Shown: positions 30,602 to 40,000, counted from the first letter of the stretch. The stretch: DNA of 40,000 nucleotides from Pyrodictium occultum (GCF_001462395.1 NZ_LNTB01000001.1:1304758-1344757); one strand, 5' to 3'. Notes: generated by a model not told the origin, from the letters alone. Translations and numbers: made by a program.

Positions 30602-33600
30602 TCATGGCCCCCGGCTGGCCCTCCTGGCCCCGCGGCTGCGCCTGAGCCTCAGCTTGCCCATGGCGGCGAGCAGCGAGACCACCGCCACGATGCTGACCGC
30701 AAGCACTATGAGGGCCCGCTGGCGGCGGGTCAGCGTCACCCCTCCCGCGGCGGGTGCGGGCGTGGCGTGGGCGGCCGTGGTGGGTGTCGCGGCGCCTCCC
30801 GCCGGCGTTGCTGTGGTGGGTGTCGTAGGCCTCTGGGACGCCGTGGTGGGACCGGCGCGGCTCGGGCCGAGGGGTATCTGCCCGCTTGTGCTTGCCAGTG
30901 TGAATGACTCGCTCGCCCCATCCGGCACCGCTCTAAGCACGACGCTGTATGGTATGCTGCTGCCGCTCCTCAACGCCACCTTCACCCTCATGGACAGGGT
31001 CTCGCCTGGGCGCAGCAGGCCGCTCCGCAGGGAGGCGGTCCCCGCCGTGTGGTTGCCCGGCTCGGCTTCGAGCACTGTCACACTATCTGGGAACGATATG
31101 CTGAGTATGGCGTTCTTGAAGTCTATGGAGTCTAGGTTGGCCACGCTGACCTCCAGCACTGCGAGGTTCCTATAGCTCTCCAGCTTCTTCACCTCAAGCT
31201 TCACGTAGGGCACCTTGACCCTGATGGGCACTGTTGCCAGCGCCTGGCCGCCCAGCCGGAGCACGAGGTACAGCGTGTCCTCGCTCCCCGGCGCGGCCAC
31301 CGGGGACACCTGGACCCCGGCCCACAGGGTGGTGAACTCCCCAGGCTCTATATCCACGCGGGTTGCCGGGAGGAAGAGCCTGGCTATGGAGCTCTCGTTA
31401 ACCGGCTCCAGCGCCGCGCCCGCTATCCTGACGCCCGAGGAAACCACTATCTTGACGTCAACCTTGCCGCCGGGCGGGGCGGCGATGTAGCTGGGCGTCA
31501 CGTCGACCCCCACGCTGCGGCGCAGGAGCTCTATCACCGGCACCCTGGCAATCTGGTACCTCTTGAGCAGGTAGCTGCCCGTGTCATCGTAGATCTCCAG
31601 GACCACGCTCAGAACGTCCAGGGGCTTGAGGCTCACCGTTCCCAGGCTCATGCTCACGTCCAGCGTGCGGTGGCTCCTAGCGGGCACCGTGACTACCTGG
31701 GCGTAGTCGTAGATGGCGCAGGCGCTGACGTTCACACAGTTCCCCTGGCCCCTGACCACCAGGAACCTGGCCAGGAACACAGAGTCGCGCTCGCTGGGGT
31801 TGTAGAAGGATACGTGGGCCACCAGCCCCCTCCTAGCTATGTCGACGCTCGCGCTCTCGAGCTGCGGCTCCACAACCACCGACCGTATCCTTATGCTCGT
31901 AGTGGCCGTGGCTACAGCCCTGCCGCTCGAGTCCAGCACCTCTATGCTGGCCGTGTAGGTGCCCGGGTAGGCTGTAGGGGGGACTGGGATGCTCACTATG
32001 AAGCTCGTGTCGCCGCCCAGGGGGACCAGCTCCTCCGCCGAGTCGGCCTCCCCAAGGCCCTCTATGGATATGTGGACCCTCAGCTTGGCCGCCGTGTTCC
32101 CCTCGTTGGCCACCTTCACCTCTACCCGGAAGCTCTTACCCACAACGGGCAGGTCTAGGACACGCACCTCCTCCACGCTCGCGGAGACCACGGGCTTGAC
32201 CTGGAGCAGGTTGTGGAGCCTCCAGGAGGCGTAGGGCTTGCCCGCTATGTAGAGCGTCGCGCTGGCGTCGTAGCTGCCGGCGGCCGCGTCCCTGGGGACC
32301 TGGATGGGGACCTCCACTACGTTCGCGCCGGGGAAGAGGGGGGCCTTGGCGCTGTAGCTCTTCCCGAACATGTTTATGACGAGCGTCGCGTCGACCGAGC
32401 CCTCGCCCTCCAGCCGCAGCCGGAGGGTGGCTATCGCCTGGCCGCCTGGGTCCACGCTCCCGGGGGACGCCGTGTAGCCCGTGAGGGATACCCGGTAGGA
32501 CACCACCTCTACCGCCGCGCCGGCCTTCGCGGGGGCGTAGAGGCTGTCCCCCTCGAACCTGGCCACTACATCGTGCCTGCCCAGCCCGAGCCATGAGGTG
32601 TCAAACTCCACCACCGCCACGCCGCTGCGGTCGGTGCGGCCCGTGCCGACGAGCCTCCCATCCACGTAGAAGCTGACAGAGCGCCCCACGATGGGCCTGC
32701 CCGAGAGCCCGTCGAGGAGCCGAGCCTCTAGGCGGGCCAGGCTGCCGCGGGTGACGATTATGCTCTGGGCCTCTACCCTGGCGGGCCTCCTGAGCACCTC
32801 TATAGCCGCCGTCTTCGAGCCCCTCAGCCCCGTGTTGTCGACTACGGTGAGCGTGACGTTGTAGACGCCGGGCTTCTCGAAGACGTGCGTGACTATCGCG
32901 CCGCTCGCCACCGTGCCGTCGCCGAAGTCCCAGTGGTACTCCGTGATGTTGCCGTCGGGGTCGTAGGAGAGGAGCCCGTAGAAGGTGACGTTGGAGCCCC
33001 AGTAGACGCGTCTAGGCGTGAACCAGAAGCCCGCCACGGGGGGCCTGCCCTTCACGCACCAGGTGGGCCGGGTGGTGAGCCAGGGCCGGTAGTCGACCGT
33101 CGCCTTCTCGCCGAGCATTATCCTGCTCCCCTTGCCGCCCGTGTTCCCGGGGGCTGCGGGGCCGGAGGGGTCGCCCCACCAGTTGTGCCCCGCGTAGACG
33201 TAGCCGCTGTCCACCCGGAGCCCGTAGAGCCCCTGGCCCAGGGGGCAGCTGTAGCTCACCACCGCCGTGGCGTCTTCAACGCTCTTGATGTATATGCCGC
33301 CGTTGATCCTGGAGTATAGGACAAGCAGCCTCGCCTTATTGCCCACGCCGCCCTTCTCGCCGTCCACGGTCAGGCTGTCGAGCTGGCACCTCTCAAGCCT
33401 CATAACCGTCGACTTCCCGTAGAGGCCCCAGTCCTCGCGTATCCAGTTGTCCGCTATGCTCTCCCCCCTCACAGCCACGGAGCCTAGGACGGAGTTCACC
33501 GCCGTGAAGCTCGAGTAGTCAAGCGCCCGGCCGGAGGAGGTCCCGTTGTAGAGGCCGTAGCCGTGGAGGACGACGCCCTCCAGCGAGGAGTCGAGCACGC

Positions 33601-34492
33601 TGAACTGGGAGGAGAGGAGCCCGTCAGGGCCCTCCACGATGAGCTTGCCGAGCCTGACGCGCTCCAGGGTTACGGTGCTGCGGAACACCGCCGCCCCCTC
33701 CCCGGCGTAGCTCCTGTCAACCACTATGCTCATGTTGGAGAAGCTGGAGTCCGACACCGTTATGTTGGAGTCGTACACGGCGTACATGATGGCTGGTATG
33801 AGCTTGTAGCTGGTAACAGTGACAGTCTTATTGCCGGCGGTCACGTTGTAGGTAACGGGGACCCGCAGCTGCAGCCCCGTCGCGCGCGCGTGTATCGTGA
33901 AGGCGCCGGTGGCGTTGACGCGGCTCAGCTCTATCCGGGACCCGTAGACCACTGTAGACTCGTTACCCAGGCCGATAGACTCCAGCTCAAGGTCCCCCTG
34001 TATGGTCACGTTGTCCAGCAGGAGGCTTGAGTTGTAGAGGCTCCTGTATGCTGACCGGAAGGAGATGCCTCCCTGCACCACGGAGTCTATGAACGTCGCG
34101 TTGGAGCTTGTGAACTCTGCGAACTCAAGCCCGTTTCTCACCACGACGTGCTTGAAGACGAGCACAGAGCTAACAACCACGAGGGTGCCGCGGCCGACGA
34201 GGATGACGGGCTCGCTCCGCGTGCCCTCAGCGAGTATAACCCCCCGCTCCACAGTGACGGTGACGCCGGGCGCGAATATGATTGTGACACCGCTCTCTAT
34301 CTTGACCTGCGCCATTATGCGTATATCCCTGGTTACCACGTAGGGGCTCCCGTCGCGGGTCAGAACAGTGTTAACCGTTATATCGCGGTCTATCGCCGTG
34401 GGCCCGCTCGCCCCCGCCGGGAGGCCTGCGAGCAGCGGCGCCGCGAGCGCTAGTAGGAGGAGAATGAGCATCAACAGCCTTCCGGGCTTCAA
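30602..34492 (-). CDS. Large (1296 aa) surface-anchored protein: signal peptide, beta-helix-like region, PKD domain, Ig/CARDB-like repeats, Thr/Pro stalk, C-terminal TM anchor
   Basis: Signal peptide MKPGRLLMLILLLLALAAPLLAGLPAGA. The N-terminal 430 aa contain repetitive short beta-rung-like segments. Classic PKD motif YHWDFGDGTVASGAIVTHVFEKPGVYNVTLTVVDNTGL. The C-terminus is TTASQRPTTPTTATPAGGAATPTTAAHATPAPAAGG plus TM ALIVLAVSIVAVVSLLAAM plus a basic tail. Confidence 0.85.
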   Translation of the reverse strand: MKPGRLLMLILLLLALAAPLLAGLPAGASGPTAIDRDITVNTVLTRDGSPYVVTRDIRIMAQVKIESGVTIIFAPGVTVTVERGVILAEGTRSEPVILVGRGTLVVVSSVLVFKHVVVRNGLEFAEFTSSNATFIDSVVQGGISFRSAYRSLYNSSLLLDNVTIQGDLELESIGLGNESTVVYGSRIELSRVNATGAFTIHARATGLQLRVPVTYNVTAGNKTVTVTSYKLIPAIMYAVYDSNITVSDSSFSNMSIVVDRSYAGEGAAVFRSTVTLERVRLGKLIVEGPDGLLSSQFSVLDSSLEGVVLHGYGLYNGTSSGRALDYSSFTAVNSVLGSVAVRGESIADNWIREDWGLYGKSTVMRLERCQLDSLTVDGEKGGVGNKARLLVLYSRINGGIYIKSVEDATAVVSYSCPLGQGLYGLRVDSGYVYAGHNWWGDPSGPAAPGNTGGKGSRIMLGEKATVDYRPWLTTRPTWCVKGRPPVAGFWFTPRRVYWGSNVTFYGLLSYDPDGNITEYHWDFGDGTVASGAIVTHVFEKPGVYNVTLTVVDNTGLRGSKTAAIEVLRRPARVEAQSIIVTRGSLARLEARLLDGLSGRPIVGRSVSFYVDGRLVGTGRTDRSGVAVVEFDTSWLGLGRHDVVARFEGDSLYAPAKAGAAVEVVSYRVSLTGYTASPGSVDPGGQAIATLRLRLEGEGSVDATLVINMFGKSYSAKAPLFPGANVVEVPIQVPRDAAAGSYDASATLYIAGKPYASWRLHNLLQVKPVVSASVEEVRVLDLPVVGKSFRVEVKVANEGNTAAKLRVHISIEGLGEADSAEELVPLGGDTSFIVSIPVPPTAYPGTYTASIEVLDSSGRAVATATTSIRIRSVVVEPQLESASVDIARRGLVAHVSFYNPSERDSVFLARFLVVRGQGNCVNVSACAIYDYAQVVTVPARSHRTLDVSMSLGTVSLKPLDVLSVVLEIYDDTGSYLLKRYQIARVPVIELLRRSVGVDVTPSYIAAPPGGKVDVKIVVSSGVRIAGAALEPVNESSIARLFLPATRVDIEPGEFTTLWAGVQVSPVAAPGSEDTLYLVLRLGGQALATVPIRVKVPYVKLEVKKLESYRNLAVLEVSVANLDSIDFKNAILSISFPDSVTVLEAEPGNHTAGTASLRSGLLRPGETLSMRVKVALRSGSSIPYSVVLRAVPDGASESFTLASTSGQIPLGPSRAGPTTASQRPTTPTTATPAGGAATPTTAAHATPAPAAGGVTLTRRQRALIVLAVSIVAVVSLLAAMGKLRLRRSRGARRASRGP

Positions 34493-34624
34493 GCTTGGCC
34501 CCGGCTGAGCCCCAGCATGCTAGTACTTAAAAACCGTAGTCCAGCCTCCAGGGAGGGTAATCAGCCTAGCCCTACGTAACATAATAGGGTCTTTGGGTGC
34601 TACCCGGGGGAGGGGCCGCGGAGG

Positions 34625-35470
34625 GTGGCGTGGCGCGCCTGGGTGGCAACCGCGAACACGGTCCACTACGAGGACGACGCCAGCCTGTGGCTCCACGGGG
34701 GCTACGGCGCCATAGCCGTGGCGGACGGTGTCTCCACGAGCCGCGGCGGGGGAGCCTCCCTCCTAGCAGCCTGGGGGTTCACAGCGTTCTGCAGGGCCGT
34801 CCTGCCGGGGTGGCGGGGGAGCATAGCCGGCGCGGCGCGCCGCTGCCTAGAGCTCCTCGACGAAGCGGCTCGGGAGGCGTCCCCACGCGACGCCGACACC
34901 GCGGCGGAGGCTAAGCGCCTCTACTACAGGGGCTGCGGGGCCCCCTGCACCAGGCCGATGAGCCCATGGGAGCCGGCTAGGCTCGAGGCCCAGGCCCCGC
35001 AGGAGGGGGGCGGCGGGCAGGCGCCCTCCACGACCCTTCTAGCGGCCCTCCTGGGCCCCGGGGGCCAGCTGGCACTGGTGCTGGCGGGCGACGGCGTGGT
35101 TGTGGCTACGACGGGGAGCAAGGAGTCCACCTGGCTCCTATGGGGCGCGCTGCCACAGTTCTACGAGGGGAGCCGGCTAGCCCGCTTCATCGAGGTCGGC
35201 AGGGGGCTCCAGGGGGAGCCGGTGGTCCTGGAGACCAGGCTCCCAGGCGACACCCTGCTGGCGCTCGCGACGGACGGGGTGGATCCCGCGGCGCTGGCGG
35301 AGGAGCTTGTGGAGCTGGCCCGAAGAGGGGTGCCGGAGGACGCGGCGGAGGGGAACCCCGCCTCCCTGCTGCTCAGCCGCATCCAGCAGCGGGCCGGGGG
35401 GCTGGAGGATGATGCGACGATAGCGCTGGCGTATTGGGCCAGCCAGGCCCCCGGGCGGCTAGGGCGCTGA
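34625..35470 (+). CDS. PP2C/SpoIIE-family Ser/Thr protein phosphatase-like protein
   Basis: AIAVADGVSTSRGGGAS (DG motif), LLALATDGV and the terminal DDATIALAY, in PP2C motif order. Confidence 0.6.
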   Translation: MAWRAWVATANTVHYEDDASLWLHGGYGAIAVADGVSTSRGGGASLLAAWGFTAFCRAVLPGWRGSIAGAARRCLELLDEAAREASPRDADTAAEAKRLYYRGCGAPCTRPMSPWEPARLEAQAPQEGGGGQAPSTTLLAALLGPGGQLALVLAGDGVVVATTGSKESTWLLWGALPQFYEGSRLARFIEVGRGLQGEPVVLETRLPGDTLLALATDGVDPAALAEELVELARRGVPEDAAEGNPASLLLSRIQQRAGGLEDDATIALAYWASQAPGRLGR

Positions 35471-35525
35471 GAGGCGGGGATGCAGAGGGAAAAAGGTGTG
35501 AGGTGTGCCCTGGGGCCGCCGCCCC

Positions 35526-35651
35526 CTAGCCCGTCTCAACCACCCTGGCGTTGATCACCAGGGGCACGCTGTCGAAGAGCACGCCCTCCCTAGCCTCGTA
35601 GTACACCCGGGCGCCCAGGACCGCCGCCCGGCCTCCATCGTAGAGCCAGGA
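35526..35651. repeat. 3' homology block of paralog C (inverted copy of 9225-9350)
   Basis: The reverse complement reads identical to 9225-9350, including the stop codon. Confidence 0.85.
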
Positions 35652-36794
35652 GGAGTTGTCCAGCACGAGCACAGCCTCCGGCACGGACCAGCCGCTGGAG
35701 GAGTCAAAGCCGAGCACAACCCTGGCGCCGGCATGCCCGCCCTGGCCGGCCCGAGCAGCCTGGACGGGCACCGCCTGGGCGGAGACTGTGGCGCCCTCTT
35801 TAACGTCTATCCAGTTGTACCTGCCCCGCTGTGGTACAGTAATATTGGCGTTGCCGATAGTGACGCTGCTCTTATTGACATAGGTGTAGTAGCCGCGCCA
35901 CCATATGCTGAAGAGCCACCGGCCGCTGGCGTCGTAGAAGTCTAGGGAGAGGGTCCAGTTCAATGCAGAGTAGACGATGTCAAACCCTCCCTCGACGCTG
36001 CCATTGAGCAGCCAGACCCCGTAGTCCCTAGAGTCGAGTACAACCCTCTCAAACCGCCATGGGCCAAGTACGCCGGCCTGCATGTACACCGACAACCTAG
36101 CCCCCTGCGGCGGCTCGCGGTCAAGCACGTACGCGAAGAGCTTACCCCTCTTCAGCGAGTCCACAATAATGCCTGGAGCGGTGCTGTTCTCCGGCGCCAG
36201 GCTTACCTCCCCGCCGGCAGTGGAGTTGCCGTACGAGAACCTCACTACAGCGTAGGAGGCATTGCGCCAGAGCCTGTTTGCGGCAGCGTTTGCATTCTTC
36301 ACGCCCGCCTTGGCCAGCGCGTTGCTCAGCAGCCATAGGGCTTCAGTCCTGTCCACCAGCGCCCCCCACCAGCAGTCGAACATGTAGAGGGGGGCGTCCA
36401 CCAGCGTAACGTTGTAGCTCATAGCGGGGGGCGGGGCGGCGCTCCCGGCGGCGGGCTCCCCCACCTCTACGACCACGGCCAGGTACCTGAAGAGCCTCTC
36501 CAGGTACTCTATGTTCTCCAGGCTCAGCTCCAGCTTCACATAGTCGACATCACTGTGCCTTGTTATTTTGAGCCAGGTGGTCACCTCCACTACTCCCTGG
36601 GAGCCCGCTGCGGGGCTTATGGTTATGCTGCCGAGCTGCTGGAGGCTTATGGGCTCGTTGGGCGCCTGCGCGCCGCCCACCGCGTGGAAGCTGCTCAGCG
36701 GGCTCTGGGTGGTGGCGAAGCCTGCTAGCAGGGCGAGGGCGGCAGCCGAGGCGGCGAGGGCGGCCAGGGCGAGGGCTGCTGAGCGGTGGTTCAA
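35526..36794 (-). CDS. Secreted TasA-like family protein, large paralog C (subunit fold with a roughly 270-aa inserted domain)
   Basis: The first ~60 aa and the last 42 aa are (near-)identical to paralog A. The central region is homologous to A but strongly diverged (e.g. ALNWTLSLDFYDASGRWLFSIWW vs ALNFTLRLDFYDSSGNWLFAIWW). At least 9 N-x-S/T sequons. Confidence 0.8.
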   Translation of the reverse strand: MNHRSAALALAALAASAAALALLAGFATTQSPLSSFHAVGGAQAPNEPISLQQLGSITISPAAGSQGVVEVTTWLKITRHSDVDYVKLELSLENIEYLERLFRYLAVVVEVGEPAAGSAAPPPAMSYNVTLVDAPLYMFDCWWGALVDRTEALWLLSNALAKAGVKNANAAANRLWRNASYAVVRFSYGNSTAGGEVSLAPENSTAPGIIVDSLKRGKLFAYVLDREPPQGARLSVYMQAGVLGPWRFERVVLDSRDYGVWLLNGSVEGGFDIVYSALNWTLSLDFYDASGRWLFSIWWRGYYTYVNKSSVTIGNANITVPQRGRYNWIDVKEGATVSAQAVPVQAARAGQGGHAGARVVLGFDSSSGWSVPEAVLVLDNSSWLYDGGRAAVLGARVYYEAREGVLFDSVPLVINARVVETG

Positions 36795-36809
36795 GGCTCT
36801 AGGGCACCC
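36513..36809. repeat. 5' homology block of paralog C (inverted copy of 8175-8471)
   Basis: The reverse complement matches 8175-8471, including 15 nt upstream of the TTG start, with one 42-bp diverged sub-block. Confidence 0.85.
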
Positions 36810-36955
36810 GGGCTGCCCTAGCCATGAATGTTAAGCTGCAAAGCCGGGTATAGGCTGGGCGAGGCGGCATTAAATAAGTGCAGTGTAGCATTATGTGCTG
36901 TGCCTAGCGGGCTGCTGGCCTGTCTTGGGCTGTGCGGCCCCCGGGGTTGGGGAGG

Positions 36956-39938
36956 CTAGGGCTCTAGGCTTAGCACCAGCTCCTCGCCTTCTATTCGCCA
37001 CTTCTTCCCGTCTCTAGGCGGGCTGGAGGCTAGCTCGATGCTGCCGACCCTCACCTCCCGTGCTATCAGCTCCCGGTGCCTCTCCACCGCCTCCCGCAGC
37101 TTCCCCGTGGCGTAGACTAGGAGCCTCCTAGCGGTGTGGTCTACGGGGAGGTCCAGCTCCTTCCTGAGCACCTGGGCGCGGCGTATGACCTCCCTGGCGA
37201 GGCCCTCCAGCATAGTCTCCTCGTCCAGCTGCATGTCCACGTACACTGTCATGCTGCTGGTCTCTATTTTCTCCGCTCTGGGGGCCCAGCCGGGCTCCGA
37301 ATCCACCACCTCCACTGCCTTTATGTTGGCGAACCTGGCTAGCACGTCAGCTGCCTCCCGCAGCCTCTCCACTGGGAGGCTGGAGCCGGGCTTGGCTGCT
37401 ATAGCGGCGCGGCGGAGGGGCCAGCGCCTCTTCAGCCTCCTCTCGCTCCTCAGTGCGAGCACCTTCTCCGCCGCCTCTAGCGCCTCCTCGACGGCGAGGT
37501 AGCTCTCCTCGTCGAGGAGCTTCTCGTCGACGCTCGGCCACTCTAGCATGTGGACGCTCTCGGGCGCCCCGGGCTCGTACTTCTTTACGAAGGCCTGGTA
37601 GAGGTACTCGGCTATGAAGGGCGTGAAGGGCGCCATGGCGGCTATGGTCCTCCGGAGCACGTAGTAGAGGGTGGCGTATGCCGCCTCCTTGCTCTCTGTG
37701 GCCTCCTCCTCCCAGACCCTCGGCCTGACCAGGGGGATGTAGCGGTGGCTCAGCTGCTCCACCACCAGGTCGACCAGCGTCTGGAGCGCCTGGTGCATGT
37801 TGTCGTTCTCGACCGCCTCCTCCACCCTCTTCAGCGCCTGGCTTAGCCTGTAGATTATCCAGCGGTCCTCTGCCTGGAGCCTCCCGGGCTCCGGGGGCCC
37901 GGGGCTCCACTTGTCGAGCTCCATGTAGGTGTCGGCGAACTTCACGGTGTTCCATAGTATGTTGAGGTAGCCCCGGTACCTCTCCACCTCGTCGGGGTCG
38001 AAGTTCACGCTGTCCCAGGGCGCGCGGCTCAGGAGAAGCATCCTCATAGGGTCGGCGCCGTGCTTCTCCATCCACTCCAGCGCCCACACCACGTTGCCCT
38101 TGCTCTTGCTCATCTTCTTGCCCTCCTTGTCCAGCACGTGGCCCTGGAGCAGCACCGAGCGGTAGGGGGCCTTGCCGTGCCACACCACGCCGGTCACGAG
38201 CAGTGTGTAGAACCAGCCCCTGGTCTGGTCAGCGGCCTCGGTTATCCAGGTGTAGGGGTAGAGCTGGTCCCATAGCCTGAGCCAGCCGTACTGCTTCAGC
38301 GCCGCGGTGTGGGCCACGCCGCTGTCCATCCAGACGTCGACCACGAACGGCTCCCTCCTCATCACGCCGCCGCACTTGGGGCAGCGGAGCTCCACACGGT
38401 CTATGTAGGGCCGGTGGAGGTCGTCGGGCACGCTGGAGGGGTCCACGGCTAGCCTCCTGAGCTCCTCGAGGCTCCCCACGACCACAGTGTGGCCGCAGCT
38501 GGTGCAGCGCCACACGGGGAGGGGGGTGCCCCAGTACCGCTCGCGGCTTATACACCAGTCGCGGGCGTTCTCAACCCAGTCGCTCATCCTCCTGGCCGCC
38601 CAGCTGGGGGCCCAGCGCATCGAGCGTACCCCGTCGACCATCTTCCTCCGGATCTCGTCCGTTATCCTTATGAACCACTGGCGGGACGCGTAGTAGAAGA
38701 GCCTGGTGCCGCAGCGCCAGCAGAACGGGTACTCGTGTCTCACCGTGCCCGCGTGGACTAGGAGCCCCTTGCCCCGGAGTACCTCTATCACCTTCTCCCC
38801 GGCGTCCTCGAACCACATGCCCTTGAAGGCGCCGGACTCGGGGCCGAAGTAGCCGTCCTCGCGGAGCGGGGTGTAGGCCTCTATCCCCCTCTTGCTGCAC
38901 TCCTCAAAGTCCTCGGGGCCGTGGGCGGGGGCCAGGTGCACTACCCCGGTGCCATCCTCCATGGTCACCCAGTTGGCGGCGAGCACCGTGTGGTAGGGGG
39001 GCTCGTGGCGCTGGTGGTAGGGTACCTCCTCCGCCAGGGGGTGCCGGTACCTCATCCCCGCGAGGGTGGCGCCCTTCACCCTCTCGACAACCATGTACTT
39101 CTCCAGCCCCACCTCCCTGGCGAAGGCCTCCAGCCTCTTCTCAGCCACCACCCATATCTCATCGCCGACTGAGATGAACACGTACCACTCGTCCGGGTGG
39201 ACGGCCGCCGCCTCGTTGGCTATTATCGTCCACGGCGTGGTGGTCCAGGCTACAAGGTAGGTGTTGTCGAGCCCCTCCAGGGGGAGCTTGAAGTAGACGC
39301 TGGGGTCATCCACCTCCTGGTAGCCCTGCGCCACCTCGTGGCTGCTGAGCGCTGTGCCGCAGCGGGGGCACCGGGGGACCACGCGGCGGCCCTCGTAGAG
39401 GAGCCCCTTCTCATGCGCCTTCTTGATGAACTCCCAGATAGCCTCTATGTAGCGGGGGTGCCTCGTCTGGTAGGCGTGGCCATAGTCCAGCCACAGCCCG
39501 AGCCTCTTGCTCGCCCTCTCCCAGTGCTCGATGTAGTAGTCTACCAGCCGCCTGCACTCCTCGATGAAGCGGTCGACGCCGTATCGCTCGATATCCCTCT
39601 TGCTCCTCATGCCAAGCTTCTTCTCCGCCTCAAGCTCCACGGGGAGCCCCTGGGTGTCCCAGCCGGCCTGGTCCCAGACTCGGTAGCCCCTCATCCTGGC
39701 GTAGCGCAGCTTCACGTCCTTCAGGGTCCTGCCCCTGGCGTGGCCCACGTGCATGAACCCGTTGGCGGTCGGCGGGCCCTCAAGGAACGCGAATAGAGGC
39801 GCATTGGGCCTCTCGTCCCACGTCATCCGCTTGACCTTCTCATATACCTTGTTCTTGTCCCAGAAGCGGAGAACCCACTCCTCGACCTCTAGGGGGCTAT
39901 AGCTTCGCTTCAGCGGGGGCCTCGCGGATAATGGGCAT
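36956..39938 (-). CDS. ileS: Isoleucyl-tRNA synthetase (5' end ambiguous: ATG 39938 is out of frame by one nucleotide with the body of the gene)
   Basis: HIGH motif (FMHVGHARG), KMSKS (KKMSKSKGN), WCISRERYWGTPLPVW and YPFCWRCGTRLFYYASRQWFI are IleRS-type. The ORF track starts at ATG 39826, but the conserved N-terminal SYSPLEVEEWVLRFWDKNKVYEK lies upstream in the same frame without a start codon. Confidence 0.9.
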
Positions 39939-39967
39939 CACCGCTGGCCATCGTGGCAGGGCCGGCT

Positions 39968-39978
39968 CCCTTAAACCC
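39968..39978 (-). promoter_or_regulatory. TATA-box-like element for ileS
   Basis: Minus-strand gggtttaaggg is centred about 35 nt upstream of ATG 39938. Confidence 0.4.
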
Positions 39979-40000
39979 TCCGCGGCCGCCCCTCTGCACG

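Noticed and set aside
12114-39938. Co-occurrence of tRNA-Ile(GAU) and isoleucyl-tRNA synthetase in the same 40-kb window
   Set aside because: They are 25 kb apart, on opposite strands and separated by many unrelated genes. There is no evidence of co-regulation, so I treat it as coincidence.

Overview
This is a GC-rich archaeal chromosomal segment. GTG/TTG starts, TATA boxes about 25-35 nt upstream of start codons (leaderless mRNAs) and Ala/Arg/Gly/Leu-rich proteins point to a hyperthermophilic crenarchaeon such as Aeropyrum; the organism call is inference only, since nothing was searched. I support about 36 protein genes and one tRNA.

Housekeeping genes: isoleucyl-tRNA synthetase, tRNA-Ile(GAU), dihydroorotate dehydrogenase, bifunctional PGI/PMI, hydantoinase/oxoprolinase A+B, a CDP-alcohol phosphatidyltransferase, a Nudix hydrolase, a CYTH enzyme and a PAPS-reductase-family PP-loop protein.

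Main finding: interleaved with these is a five-member family of secreted proteins (366-974, 8190-9350, 11282-11812, 25867-27111, 35526-36794).
- Their leaders resemble the SipW-dependent TasA/camelysin type.
- One member is a short, strongly promoted candidate major subunit.
- Two members are the same fold split by a roughly 250-aa glycosylation-rich insert. Their 5' and 3' ends are nucleotide-identical while their cores have diverged, and they sit in inverted orientation 26 kb apart.
- One member is a tandem-domain, Cys-rich variant. It lies next to a membrane-anchored AAA ATPase and a SipW/Sec11-type signal peptidase.

I read this as a candidate, so far undescribed, donor-strand-exchange surface filament or matrix system, analogous to tapA-sipW-tasA, archaeal bundling pili and cannulae. 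It may be under phospho-signalling control, because a Roadblock / vWA / protein-kinase operon flanks one large paralog and a PP2C phosphatase flanks the other.

Other points:
- a HerA-NurA-like pair without Mre11/Rad50
- two metallo-beta-lactamase-fold proteins whose metal ligands are lost
- a 1296-aa beta-helix/PKD surface protein
- an A/T-richer islet (about 28.4-30.6 kb)
- apparent single-nucleotide frameshifts in hyuA and at the 5' end of ileS

All family assignments come from motifs read in the translated ORFs. No database search, structure prediction or composition statistic was run.
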